The position numbers and the translations under genes are program-made. DNA of 64,000 bases from Escherichia phage vB_EcoM-BECP11: sequence record MW286157.1; one strand, written 5' to 3'. The notes below the pieces were generated by a model, which saw only the letters and a list, made by a program, of their open reading frames with translations, did no database searches and had not been told where the DNA came from. Position 1 is the first letter of the stretch; the number at the start of each line of letters is the position of its first letter. Positions 19,848 through 28,759 of the stretch are shown piece after piece.

Positions 19848-19871
19848 TGCTTTATATATTTATTGTATAAT
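19848..19871 (+). promoter_or_regulatory. middle-type promoter: TGCTTTA, 11 nt, TATAAT
   Basis: tgcttta 19848-19854, tataat 19866-19871, 35 nt upstream of gene 56 ATG. Confidence 0.5.
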
Positions 19872-19905
19872 TAATCTACTAACCCATGAATTGAAAGGAA
19901 AAATA

Positions 19906-20424
19906 ATGGCTTACTTTAACGAATGTTCACAACTGATTGAAGGCGCTGATAAAGCTCAAAATGAATATTGGGATATTCTCGGTGATGAAAAAGACCCGCT
20001 GCAAGTTATGCTTGATATGCAGAAATCTTTACAGGTTCGTTTAGCTAAAGATAAACCTGAATATAACCGTCATCCTGATGATTTGGCTACTGCAGGTGAA
20101 GTTGTTGATTGGATGCGTAATCAGAAAGATTATATTGATGATGAATTCCGCGAACTTCTGACTTCTCTTGGTGGTATGAGCAATGGTGAAAAAGATGCAT
20201 CTGCTGTATGGAAACCTTGGAAGTCGCAGCATGGTGAACGTCGTGAAACTCTGATTACTGATTTGTCTCCACAAGACCAACTGGAAATTAAATTTGAAAT
20301 GATTGATATTCTCCATTTCGTTCTGAATATGTTCCAAGGTCTTGGTCTTACAGCAGAAGAAATCTTTAAACTTTATTACCTGAAAAATGCTGAAAATTTC
20401 GCACGTCAAGACCGAGGTTATTAA
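19906..20424 (+). CDS. 56: dCTP pyrophosphatase gp56 (MazG-like)
   Basis: 172 aa from ATG 19906; EEFRELL...KLYYLKNAENFARQDRGY resembles recalled T4 gp56. Confidence 0.75.
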   Translation: MAYFNECSQLIEGADKAQNEYWDILGDEKDPLQVMLDMQKSLQVRLAKDKPEYNRHPDDLATAGEVVDWMRNQKDYIDDEFRELLTSLGGMSNGEKDASAVWKPWKSQHGERRETLITDLSPQDQLEIKFEMIDILHFVLNMFQGLGLTAEEIFKLYYLKNAENFARQDRGY

Positions 20425-20564
20425 TGTCTCGTTTAAATAAACGTCAACTCAAAAAGTTGAATAAGAAAAGGGCGAAAGCCCTTACTGCTTTATTACGTAA
20501 TGAAATAACTAAAGAAATAGACCAAGAGATTATTGAACAACTCTGGAAAGCCGCTAAATTATAA
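20424..20564 (+). CDS. 46 aa basic peptide
   Basis: ATG overlaps gene 56 stop; contains internal hairpin agggcgaaagccct; may be non-coding. Confidence 0.3.
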   Translation: MSRLNKRQLKKLNKKRAKALTALLRNEITKEIDQEIIEQLWKAAKL

Positions 20565-20566
20565 GT

Positions 20567-20574
20567 TATAAATA
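20567..20574 (+). promoter_or_regulatory. late promoter TATAAATA
   Basis: exact tataaata 32 nt upstream of soc ATG. Confidence 0.65.
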
Positions 20575-20605
20575 CACCTGTAATTAAACAATAAAGGAGT
20601 TTATT

Positions 20606-20842
20606 ATGGGTGGTTTCGTTAACATCAAGACCTTTACTCATCCAGCAGGTGAAGGCAAAGAAGTTAAAGGTATGGAAGTTTCTGTTCCATTTGAAATCTA
20701 TTCTAACGAGCATCGTATTGCAGATTCTCATTATCAGACCTTTCCTTCTGAAAAGGCGGCATATTCTACTGTAGTTTCTGATGCAGCTGACTGGAAAACT
20801 AAGAATGCTGCGATGTTTACACCTACAGAAATAGGTGGTTAA
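20606..20842 (+). CDS. soc: small outer capsid protein Soc
   Basis: 78 aa; motif HYQTFPSEKAAYSTV as recalled for T4 Soc. Confidence 0.75.
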   Translation: MGGFVNIKTFTHPAGEGKEVKGMEVSVPFEIYSNEHRIADSHYQTFPSEKAAYSTVVSDAADWKTKNAAMFTPTEIGG

Positions 20843-20850
20843 TAATTTAA

Positions 20851-20876
20851 GGAATCCTTCGGGGTTCCTTTTTTTC
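20851..20876 (+). terminator. rho-independent terminator ggaatcc-ttcg-gggttcc plus T7
   Basis: stem-loop then tttttttc directly after soc. Confidence 0.75.
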
Positions 20877-20885
20877 ATTTTACCG

Positions 20886-20915
20886 GTTTACATATCAAAA
20901 TGAGTATGGTATAAT
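20886..20915 (+). promoter_or_regulatory. early promoter (-35 GTTTAC, -10 TATAAT)
   Basis: gtttac 20886-20891, tataat 20910-20915. Confidence 0.6.
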
Positions 20916-20941
20916 AGAATTATCTTATAGAGGAGAGCACT

Positions 20942-21148
20942 ATGTTAAATCGTTGGATTAAACCAAATGAAGATTTAGATATTATCATTTCACGACATGT
21001 AATGAAGAAATATGAACTGCAGCCATGGTCTACAGAAGTTGTTGTGCATTCATTTATGATGTACGCAGATGGTTCTGTTGAATTTAATGCAGAGATTAGG
21101 TATGATTATGGTGAGAAGCAAGTCGAATTCAAAAGAGGCTTTTTGTAA
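20942..21148 (+). CDS. hypothetical protein, 68 aa
   Basis: ATG after SD gaggagag; first gene of an uncharacterised early block. Confidence 0.45.
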   Translation: MLNRWIKPNEDLDIIISRHVMKKYELQPWSTEVVVHSFMMYADGSVEFNAEIRYDYGEKQVEFKRGFL

Positions 21149-21486
21149 TGTTTATCTTTAATTGGTTTAAAAATTTCTTTACAGATTTTTTCTCTACAAC
21201 TCCGGGAGAAGGTGTAGTTCCTATTTCAAATGACTACCTTCCTTTAACTGTAGTTGAGTATGTTTATATGGGAGATGGAACAGTTGAAGAAGTTACTATG
21301 ACTTATGAAGAAGCCCAAGAATATTATAAAAATCCTTGGCGCTGGTCAGTACCTACATCATCTAACACACAGAATACACAGTCTAGTTCTGATTCATATG
21401 ATACTAATGTTCCTGTTCATGTATGGACGGGCGATTCATGTGGAAGTTCTTGTGATTCTAGTTGTTCATCTACATCCTGTGATTGA
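21148..21486 (+). CDS. hypothetical protein, 112 aa, hydrophobic N-terminus and Cys/Ser-rich C-terminal tail
   Basis: C-terminus [20 protein letters not shown]; ATGA-type coupling with upstream ORF. Confidence 0.5.
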   Translation: MFIFNWFKNFFTDFFSTTPGEGVVPISNDYLPLTVVEYVYMGDGTVEEVTMTYEEAQEYYKNPWRWSVPTSSNTQNTQSSSDSYDTNVPVHVWTGDSCGSSCDSSCSSTSCD

Positions 21487-21494
21487 GGAAAATT

Positions 21495-21989
21495 ATGGAA
21501 GCAATTTTGTTTGAAATGTTTATCAATAGTATTAGTACGGTGTTTGTCAAGGATGTTCCAATTACTGTAGCAGTAATGATTGACAAAAGATATGACAATA
21601 GCATGTATCTAGTAGAAGATTTTATTTCAATGCCAGTTCCAGAAGATGTTGAAATAAAACTTAAAAAGATCGGAATTATTGAAACTGTACAAAATTCTCC
21701 ATTTACGTCAATTCAAGCATTTACTAAATCTAACTATATTGATGCTGGTGAAGCATTTTATAACAATAAACCGTTGTCCTTCTATTCATATGATTCAGTA
21801 CATGACTGGAAAATAGATAAGGGAGATAAGGGAAATAAATTCATAATTGCGGAAGAAATTGCGCTATCATATTTTATTACTTCTTTATGGAATAAATTAA
21901 CTCCAAATTTGCTAAAAATTCATAAATTTGACGATGCTCCTACTATTGTTTTAGGTAAAATGAATGAAAGTCCTAAAGAAAATGCTTGA
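21495..21989 (+). CDS. hypothetical protein, 164 aa
   Basis: ATG 21495 after SD gaggaaa. Confidence 0.5.
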   Translation: MEAILFEMFINSISTVFVKDVPITVAVMIDKRYDNSMYLVEDFISMPVPEDVEIKLKKIGIIETVQNSPFTSIQAFTKSNYIDAGEAFYNNKPLSFYSYDSVHDWKIDKGDKGNKFIIAEEIALSYFITSLWNKLTPNLLKIHKFDDAPTIVLGKMNESPKENA

Positions 21990-22167
21990 ATGGTTCAATA
22001 GACCAAACTCAATGTATATTGATGATGGTTGGGTTGAACAAGCAAATAAAGAAATGCAGAACGAGTCAGAAGAATGGATGAAATCAATGATTAGTGCTGA
22101 GAAAGAAAAGAAATTAGAACGCTCAGCGCTTAAATTGATGAGAGACATCTATGGTGATAAATCATGA
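21964..22167 (+). CDS. hypothetical protein, 67 aa
   Basis: overlaps end of upstream ORF; Lys/Glu-rich. Confidence 0.4.
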   Translation: MKVLKKMLEWFNRPNSMYIDDGWVEQANKEMQNESEEWMKSMISAEKEKKLERSALKLMRDIYGDKS

Positions 22168-22328
22168 CCAAAGATATGACGTTAGAAGAGGCAAAGGCTA
22201 AAGCAAATGAAGCTTTGGATTTGCTTCTTAAAATTGGCAGTAAAATGATGGAAGAAAATGAAAAATACATTCAGGAAAATAAAATTCCTGACGGTCCATT
22301 AGTAGGCAAAAGGAAATCACATGATTGA
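22164..22328 (+). CDS. hypothetical protein, 54 aa
   Basis: ATG overlaps upstream stop (ATGA); helical small protein. Confidence 0.3.
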   Translation: MTKDMTLEEAKAKANEALDLLLKIGSKMMEENEKYIQENKIPDGPLVGKRKSHD

Positions 22329-22791
22329 AGTAGCAAAACATTATTCAATAGAATTTATGTCCAAAGAAGGTAAATCAGTAAATACACTTGATAAAAAGTG
22401 CTCATTAATTATTCCTTTAGCAGAAAATCCGGATATTTTAATTAAAGATATAAAAGAAAGAAAATATCCAGAAAATGTTATTCTAATTATAAAGCATACT
22501 GAAGATATTTTGCAGAATACTGATTCACCGTTTTCTTCTTCTGAAGCTTTAACTATTAAAGGCTATAAAAGAGCTCATGAATATGGTCTTTTTGACATGT
22601 TTGAAGACGATAAAGTTAAATTAGCGAGTCAACCTTCTAAAAGTAAAACATTCATTATTGAAGATATTAAAGATATAAATGCATTTGTTAGGATGGTCTG
22701 GGCTCATTTTGATGTTGGACTACGCTGGAGAATGTCCGAAGAAGAAAGAAAGATTATTGAAGCTAATCGTCAATTTGGTTTTTATCGCTAG
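22321..22791 (+). CDS. hypothetical protein, 156 aa
   Basis: ATG 22321 with aaaagga SD. Confidence 0.5.
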   Translation: MIEVAKHYSIEFMSKEGKSVNTLDKKCSLIIPLAENPDILIKDIKERKYPENVILIIKHTEDILQNTDSPFSSSEALTIKGYKRAHEYGLFDMFEDDKVKLASQPSKSKTFIIEDIKDINAFVRMVWAHFDVGLRWRMSEEERKIIEANRQFGFYR

Positions 22792-22799
22792 GAATTAGT

Positions 22800-22982
22800 A
22801 TGGATTTATTTGAGATGTTAGAAGATAATCATTCTACGAATATCCAGAATGATTCTAGTGATTATAAGAAAGAGTACCGTATAGTATTACAGAATTATGG
22901 AATTGAAGCCCCAGATGCTCTTCTAGAAGAACTAGCTTCATACCATCTTGACCCTCCGCCTTGGGCTCCCTGGGCAAAATAA
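22800..22982 (+). CDS. hypothetical acidic protein, 60 aa
   Basis: ATG 22800; ends PPPWAPWAK. Confidence 0.4.
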   Translation: MDLFEMLEDNHSTNIQNDSSDYKKEYRIVLQNYGIEAPDALLEELASYHLDPPPWAPWAK

Positions 22983-22993
22983 TTCAAAAAGTT

Positions 22994-23023
22994 GTTTACT
23001 TTCCTTTCTAACGATGATATGAT
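22994..23023 (+). promoter_or_regulatory. early promoter (-35 GTTTAC, -10 TATGAT)
   Basis: gtttac 22994-22999, tatgat 23018-23023 upstream of modB. Confidence 0.55.
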
Positions 23024-23049
23024 AGCTTCTGAAGTATACGGAGGCTATC

Positions 23050-23673
23050 ATGATTATTAATCCTGCAGATGTTGAACAGTTATCTATAAAAGCTGAAAAC
23101 GTTGATTTTCAATATGATATGTATAAAAAGGTCTGTGAAAAATTTACTGACTTTGAGCAGTCTGTTCTTTGGCAATGTATGGAAGCCAAAAAGAATGAAG
23201 CTCTTCATCGGCAGTTGAATAAAATCGTTAAAAAGCATTTAACTAAATCACCTTATCAGCTATATCGTGGTATATCAAAATCGACAAAAGAACTTATTAA
23301 AGATTTACAAGTTGGAGAAGTGTTTTCAACGAACAGGGTAGATTCATTTACTACTAGTTTGCACACAGCATGTGGTTTTTCTTATGTTGAGTATTTCACT
23401 GAAATAATTTTTCGCTTAAAAACTGATAAAGCTTTTAATTATTCTGACCATATCAGCGATATTATACTTTCTTCTCCTAATACTGAGTTTAAGTACACGT
23501 ATGAAGATACTGACGGGTTAGATTCAGAGCGTACTGATAACTTAATGATGATTGTGCGTGAACAAGAATGGATGATTCCAATTGGAAAGTATAAAATAAC
23601 TTCTATTTCAAAAGAAAAATTACACGATTCATTTGGAACATTTAAAGTTTATGATATTGAGGTAGTTGAATGA
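23050..23673 (+). CDS. modB: ADP-ribosyltransferase ModB
   Basis: 207 aa; R-S-EXE-type signature (LYRG..., STS region, EQEWMIPIG); paralogue of next gene. Confidence 0.7.
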   Translation: MIINPADVEQLSIKAENVDFQYDMYKKVCEKFTDFEQSVLWQCMEAKKNEALHRQLNKIVKKHLTKSPYQLYRGISKSTKELIKDLQVGEVFSTNRVDSFTTSLHTACGFSYVEYFTEIIFRLKTDKAFNYSDHISDIILSSPNTEFKYTYEDTDGLDSERTDNLMMIVREQEWMIPIGKYKITSISKEKLHDSFGTFKVYDIEVVE

Positions 23674-24272
23674 AATACTCAGTAATGCAACTAAAAGATT
23701 TTAAAATAAAATCAATGGATGCATCGGTGCGTGCTTCTATTCGTGAAGAATTACTTTCTGAAGGGTTTAATTTATCTGAAATTGAACTTTTAATTCATTG
23801 TATTACCAACAAACCAGATGACCATACTTGGTTAAATGAAATAATTAAATCTCGTTTGGTTCCAAACGATAAACCTCTTTGGAGAGGTGTTCCAGTTGAG
23901 ACTAAGCAGGTGTTAAATCAAGGAATTGATATTATTACATTTGATAAAGTCGTATCAGCTTCATATGATAAAAATATAGCTCTACATTTTGCTTCCGGTT
24001 TAGAGTATAACACACAGGTTATTTTTGAATTCAAAGCTCCTATGGTATTCAATTTCCAGGAGTATGCTATAAAAGCTCTACGTTGTAAAGAATACAATCC
24101 AAACTTTAAGTTTCCGGATAGCCATCGTTATCGTAATATGGAATTAGTTTCAGATGAACAAGAAGTAATGATACCAGCTGGAAGTGTATTTAGAATTGCA
24201 GATAGATATGAGTATAAAAAGTATTCAACATACACTATCTATACTCTTGATTTTGAAGGATTTAATCTATAA
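23670..24272 (+). CDS. modA: ADP-ribosyltransferase ModA
   Basis: 200 aa; LWRG..., EQEVMIPAG; synteny modB-modA-srd-dda. Confidence 0.7.
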   Translation: MKYSVMQLKDFKIKSMDASVRASIREELLSEGFNLSEIELLIHCITNKPDDHTWLNEIIKSRLVPNDKPLWRGVPVETKQVLNQGIDIITFDKVVSASYDKNIALHFASGLEYNTQVIFEFKAPMVFNFQEYAIKALRCKEYNPNFKFPDSHRYRNMELVSDEQEVMIPAGSVFRIADRYEYKKYSTYTIYTLDFEGFNL

Positions 24273-24328
24273 TGGAAGGACTTAGATTCATTATACCACG
24301 AAAGTTTTAAAGCATTTTACATAAAGTT

Positions 24329-24358
24329 GTTTACAAGCTGAAGTAAAAATGATATAGT
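24329..24358 (+). promoter_or_regulatory. early promoter (-35 GTTTAC, -10 TATAGT)
   Basis: gtttac 24329-24334, tatagt 24353-24358. Confidence 0.6.
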
Positions 24359-24388
24359 ATAAGTAAGTTAACCGTCCGTGAGAAAAAT

Positions 24389-25135
24389 ATGAAACTGTCT
24401 AATAACCAAATTCGTAAAATTAAACGTCGTTTAGAGCATACTCAGGCATCTGCAAAAAGACGTTCTAAAGATTTTAACTTAGACTTCAATTACATTAAGA
24501 ACATTTTAGATCAAAAAGTTTGTGCTTACTCGGGAGAACCTTTTGATAATCGTATTGAAGGAGAGAAATTATCATTAGAACGTTTTGATAATAACATTGG
24601 ATACATTAAAGGGAATGTTATTGCAGTAAAGAAAAAGTATAATACATTTCGTTCTGATTATACTTTAGAAGAGTTGATTGAAAAGCGTGATTTATTTGCT
24701 TTGCGAATTGGTCGTTCATCTGCGAAAAAAGTTCATAAACTAAATTTAGATGAAAAGAAATGGGCTAAAATCAAAAAGACTTATAATCAAATTAAAGCTA
24801 TACAGAAAAAACGTGAAAACCGAATTGAACACATTTCTCAGCTTTCTAAATCAAAACAGACCTCTGACATTAAGCTGAGGATTATAGCACTTAAAGCTCG
24901 TATTGATGGTTCTCGCATAGCAGAAGGCGCTGAAGTTGTTAAACTGAACGTTCTTCTTAAAGGCTCGGATTGGAAAATTGTGAAAAAGTTGTCAGAAGCA
25001 GAAATGCAATATGATATGTGTGATAAAATTATTCAAGGTGTAGAGCGGTATCAAAACTTGTCTTTTATTGATAAACTTAAACTGAAAAGAGGATACCCGC
25101 TAAATTGTTCAATTTTTAAACTTATCCGAGGATAA
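24389..25135 (+). CDS. srd: Srd-like protein (sigma-related early protein)
   Basis: 248 aa basic protein at the T4 srd position. Confidence 0.55.
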   Translation: MKLSNNQIRKIKRRLEHTQASAKRRSKDFNLDFNYIKNILDQKVCAYSGEPFDNRIEGEKLSLERFDNNIGYIKGNVIAVKKKYNTFRSDYTLEELIEKRDLFALRIGRSSAKKVHKLNLDEKKWAKIKKTYNQIKAIQKKRENRIEHISQLSKSKQTSDIKLRIIALKARIDGSRIAEGAEVVKLNVLLKGSDWKIVKKLSEAEMQYDMCDKIIQGVERYQNLSFIDKLKLKRGYPLNCSIFKLIRG

Positions 25136-25136
25136 T

Positions 25137-25448
25137 ATGGTTTATGTATATGCGATAGTTTACCGAGACAAAGACGGATTTACGGCGCCAGTTCCACTTG
25201 ATGAACATCGTCCTGCTGTGTTTTTTGAAAGAGAGATTGCTGATAGAGTTTTTACTACTCTCAAAGACCAATATAAACTAGCTTTAGGTATGGGAATTCC
25301 AAGACTAGTTGAGACTCCACGCAAGTTTTGGTTTAATAAAATAGAAGTTAAACATGTTAAGCCTGATGTAGATACACAAAGATTATATCAACGAATTCTA
25401 GATACTGGGCGTATTGTTAGTATTCCAATTGCAGGGACTTTCCGATGA
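25137..25448 (+). CDS. hypothetical protein, 103 aa (dda.1-like)
   Basis: directly upstream of and coupled to dda. Confidence 0.5.
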   Translation: MVYVYAIVYRDKDGFTAPVPLDEHRPAVFFEREIADRVFTTLKDQYKLALGMGIPRLVETPRKFWFNKIEVKHVKPDVDTQRLYQRILDTGRIVSIPIAGTFR

Positions 25449-26764
25449 CATTTGATGATTTGACAGAAGGCCAGAAAAATGCCTTTAACATCGTTATGAG
25501 GGCTATTAAAGAAAAGAAACATCATGTAACTATTAATGGACCTGCTGGTACTGGTAAGACTACTCTTACTAAGTTCATCATTGAAGCTTTAATATCTACG
25601 GGTGAAACTGGTATCATTTTGGCAGCTCCTACTCATGCAGCTAAAAAGATTCTTTCAAAACTGTCGGGGAAAGAAGCGAGTACTATTCACAGTATTCTTA
25701 AAATTAACCCAGTTACGTATGAAGAAAACGTTCTTTTTGAACAGAAGGAAGTACCAGATTTAGCTAAATGCAGGGTATTAATCTGCGACGAAGTGTCAAT
25801 GTATGATAGAAAGCTATTTAAAATTCTGCTTTCAACTATTCCGCCGTGGTGCACAATAATTGGAATAGGTGATAATAAGCAAATTAGACCTGTTGATCCA
25901 GGAGAAAATACTGCTTATATCAGTCCATTCTTTACACACAAAGATTTTTATCAATGTGAACTTACTGAAGTTAAACGCAGTAATGCTCCTATTATTGATG
26001 TAGCTACTGATGTTCGCAACGGTAAGTGGATTTATGATAAAGTTGTTGACGGTCATGGAGTACGTGGATTTACTGGTGATACCGCTTTACGCGATTTTAT
26101 GGTAAATTATTTTTCAATCGTCAAATCACTAGATGATTTGTTTGAAAATCGCGTAATGGCATTTACGAATAAATCTGTTGACAAGTTAAATAGCATTATT
26201 CGTAAAAAGATTTTTGAAACTGATAAAGATTTTATTGTCGGTGAAATTATTGTAATGCAAGAACCGTTAATTAAAACGTATAAAATTGACGGAAAACCGG
26301 TATCAGAAATTATTTTTAATAACGGACAATTAGTTCGTATTATAGAAGCAGAGTATACATCAACCTTTGTTAAAGCTCGTGGTGTTCCTGGAGAATATCT
26401 AATTCGTCATTGGGATTTAACAGTAGAAACTTACGGCGATGATGAATATTATCGTGAAAAGATTAAAATAATTTCATCTGATGAAGAGCTATATAAGTTT
26501 AACCTGTTTTTAGGTAAAACGGCAGAAACTTATAAAAATTGGAATAAAGGCGGAAAAGCTCCGTGGAGTGATTTTTGGGATGCTAAATCACAGTTTAGTA
26601 AAGTGAAAGCACTTCCTGCATCAACATTCCATAAAGCTCAGGGTATGTCTGTAGACCGTGCTTTCATTTATACACCTTGTATTCATTACGCAGATGCTGA
26701 ATTAGCTCAACAACTTCTTTATGTTGGTGTAACACGTGGTCGTTATGATGTATTTTATGTGTGA
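25445..26764 (+). CDS. dda: Dda DNA helicase (SF1B)
   Basis: 439 aa; Walker A GPAGTGKTT, DEVSM Walker B; size equals T4 Dda. Confidence 0.9.
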   Translation: MTFDDLTEGQKNAFNIVMRAIKEKKHHVTINGPAGTGKTTLTKFIIEALISTGETGIILAAPTHAAKKILSKLSGKEASTIHSILKINPVTYEENVLFEQKEVPDLAKCRVLICDEVSMYDRKLFKILLSTIPPWCTIIGIGDNKQIRPVDPGENTAYISPFFTHKDFYQCELTEVKRSNAPIIDVATDVRNGKWIYDKVVDGHGVRGFTGDTALRDFMVNYFSIVKSLDDLFENRVMAFTNKSVDKLNSIIRKKIFETDKDFIVGEIIVMQEPLIKTYKIDGKPVSEIIFNNGQLVRIIEAEYTSTFVKARGVPGEYLIRHWDLTVETYGDDEYYREKIKIISSDEELYKFNLFLGKTAETYKNWNKGGKAPWSDFWDAKSQFSKVKALPASTFHKAQGMSVDRAFIYTPCIHYADAELAQQLLYVGVTRGRYDVFYV

Positions 26765-26770
26765 GGCTAT

Positions 26771-27031
26771 ATGATTAACATCAATTCAAAATATTTAAAT
26801 CGTCTAATAGATGGTATAAGGAAGCATACTAATAAGCAAGATAATCTCGATGTTATGGTAACAGGAGCTGAGCTCCTTCATAAGCTTTATCTTATAAGTG
26901 ATACTATATTAGCAATTAAACGAATTGAAAAACAATCATATCACAGTAATACAGATACGGTAATTACACTAGATGAAAGTGTCTGTAAATTACTAATTAA
27001 ATTTGAGGAAGCTATTCGTGGAAATAACTAA
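26771..27031 (+). CDS. hypothetical protein, 86 aa (dexA.2-like)
   Basis: first of three tandem small genes between dda and dexA. Confidence 0.45.
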   Translation: MININSKYLNRLIDGIRKHTNKQDNLDVMVTGAELLHKLYLISDTILAIKRIEKQSYHSNTDTVITLDESVCKLLIKFEEAIRGNN

Positions 27032-27263
27032 AGACCAGTTTTATCTTCTTCAAGATAAAGTTAGCGAAATTTATGAATTAGCTTATAGTAAAAATCGTAG
27101 AAATGTAAAAATTGAATCTAGTAAGTTAATGCTTCAATTAGAAGAAATTGAACGAGATTTAATTGCGTTAGAATTCTTTTGTGGTGAAGCGAAAACTGTC
27201 ACAATCAGTGATTATGTTTTAGGTGAAATTAGCCATCTTTATAAGGCGATTATTAATGATTGA
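27018..27263 (+). CDS. hypothetical protein, about 81 aa (paralogue family)
   Basis: probable GTG start 27018 after SD gaggaag; C-terminal half similar to next ORF. Confidence 0.4.
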   Translation: MEITKDQFYLLQDKVSEIYELAYSKNRRNVKIESSKLMLQLEEIERDLIALEFFCGEAKTVTISDYVLGEISHLYKAIIND

Positions 27264-27498
27264 ATTAAGTTGGTACCAGTTTAAATCTCTTATGGCAAAT
27301 GTTAAAGCTGTCATTGAAGAAAATCCAGGACCTGAAAATGTAACTATTCGTGAAAAAGCTTCAAAGATAGTATACAGTCTTGAAGAGATACAAAAAGATA
27401 TTGAATCTATGGCAAAATTTATTGATGAGCCTATTAATAAAGTTTATATCCAAGATTATACTGTAGGTCAAATTCGCGATTTAGCAAGGAAAATTTAA
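27256..27498 (+). CDS. hypothetical protein, about 80 aa (paralogue family)
   Basis: ATG 27256; motif LEEIQKDI...YIQDYTVGQIRDL resembles LEEIERDL...TISDYVLGEISHL of upstream ORF. Confidence 0.4.
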   Translation: MIELSWYQFKSLMANVKAVIEENPGPENVTIREKASKIVYSLEEIQKDIESMAKFIDEPINKVYIQDYTVGQIRDLARKI

Positions 27499-28181
27499 TG
27501 TTTGATTTTATTATAGATTTTGAAACAATGGGAAGCGGTGAAAAAGCAGCTGTTATTGATTTGGCTGTAATTGCTTTTGACCCTAATCCAGAAGTCGTTG
27601 AAACATTTGATGAATTAGTTTCACGTGGCATTAAAATCAAATTTGATTTAAAAAGCCAAAAAGGACATCGTCTTTTTACTAAAAGCACTATCGAATGGTG
27701 GAAGAATCAATCTCCTGAAGCTCGAAAAAATATTGCGCCATCAGATGAAGATGTAAGCACTATCGATGGTATTGCAAAATTTAATGATTACATCAATGCG
27801 CATAATATCGATCCTTGGAAATCTCAAGGCTGGTGCCGTGGAATGTCGTTTGATTTTCCAATTTTAGTCGATCTCATTCGCGATATTCAACGTCTTAACG
27901 GCGTTTCCGAGAATGAACTTGACACATTTAAGTTAGAACCATGTAAATTCTGGAATCAGCGTGATATTCGTACCAGAATTGAAGCACTTCTGCTTGTTCG
28001 TGATATGACCACATGTCCTCTTCCAAAAGGAACTTTAGATGGATTCGTTGCGCATGATTCCATTCATGACTGTGCGAAAGACATCCTGATGATGAAGTAT
28101 GCTTTGCGCTATGCTATGGGTCTTGAAGACGCTCCATCAGAGGAAGAATGCGATCCTCTGTCTCTTCCAACAAAACGATAA
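27498..28181 (+). CDS. dexA: exonuclease A (DEDDh 3'-5' exonuclease)
   Basis: 227 aa; N-terminal FDFIIDFETMG exo motif; size and position as T4 DexA. Confidence 0.8.
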   Translation: MFDFIIDFETMGSGEKAAVIDLAVIAFDPNPEVVETFDELVSRGIKIKFDLKSQKGHRLFTKSTIEWWKNQSPEARKNIAPSDEDVSTIDGIAKFNDYINAHNIDPWKSQGWCRGMSFDFPILVDLIRDIQRLNGVSENELDTFKLEPCKFWNQRDIRTRIEALLLVRDMTTCPLPKGTLDGFVAHDSIHDCAKDILMMKYALRYAMGLEDAPSEEECDPLSLPTKR

Positions 28182-28187
28182 AAAGTT

Positions 28188-28220
28188 GTTTACTTCCTCG
28201 GTTAGTTGTGGTATTATAAC
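28188..28220 (+). promoter_or_regulatory. early promoter (-35 GTTTAC, -10 TATTAT)
   Basis: gtttac 28188-28193; tggtattataac 28209-28220. Confidence 0.55.
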
Positions 28221-28244
28221 ACCATAGCTACTGAGGATAATAAA

Positions 28245-28757
28245 ATGAAAATTTATCGTGTTGAATCATCGTTTAGCGCATTAAATGATGATAGTGGTAT
28301 AGTGAAAATTAGGCAAGAGTTATGCGTTCAATCAACTCCTTATCGTGGATTTGATTCTATGAAAACTCGAACTTGGCTAAAATTTTGTGGTATTAATTCA
28401 TCGTCATTTCATCATCATAGCGATAATTATGAAAGCCATGAAAGTATTCCTATTCCACACGATGATAAGTTATTAGTTGAAAATGCTAATGATGTTATTA
28501 AAACTAAATGTAATAAAGATTATTCACAATTTGAAAATTATATTCCATTGTGGCTTATTGCATTATATCATTTTGCTTTCGCTAGTGAATATGATATGAT
28601 GAGATGGTTCACCCGAGAAGAGCGTGAAGACTTAAAAGATCGTGGAATGTACATTGCGATTTATGAAGTTCCTGAAGATGAAGTTATCATTGGTGGGCAT
28701 CAAGTAATGTTCCGTAAATCCCATGCTGAACTTGTAGATTTTATTGAAATGAGATAA
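28245..28757 (+). CDS. hypothetical protein, 170 aa
   Basis: ATG 28245 after SD gaggataa. Confidence 0.5.
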   Translation: MKIYRVESSFSALNDDSGIVKIRQELCVQSTPYRGFDSMKTRTWLKFCGINSSSFHHHSDNYESHESIPIPHDDKLLVENANDVIKTKCNKDYSQFENYIPLWLIALYHFAFASEYDMMRWFTREEREDLKDRGMYIAIYEVPEDEVIIGGHQVMFRKSHAELVDFIEMR

Positions 28758-28759
28758 TT

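Noticed and set aside
19813-19905. N-terminal extension of gene 56 given by the ORF track (203 aa)
   Set aside because: Extension starts at a non-ATG codon, overlaps the promoter and the antisense ORF; ATG 19906 gives the expected 172 aa.
20444-20878. 144 aa minus-strand ORF overlapping soc
   Set aside because: Opposite strand of a conserved late gene with late promoter and terminator on the plus strand.
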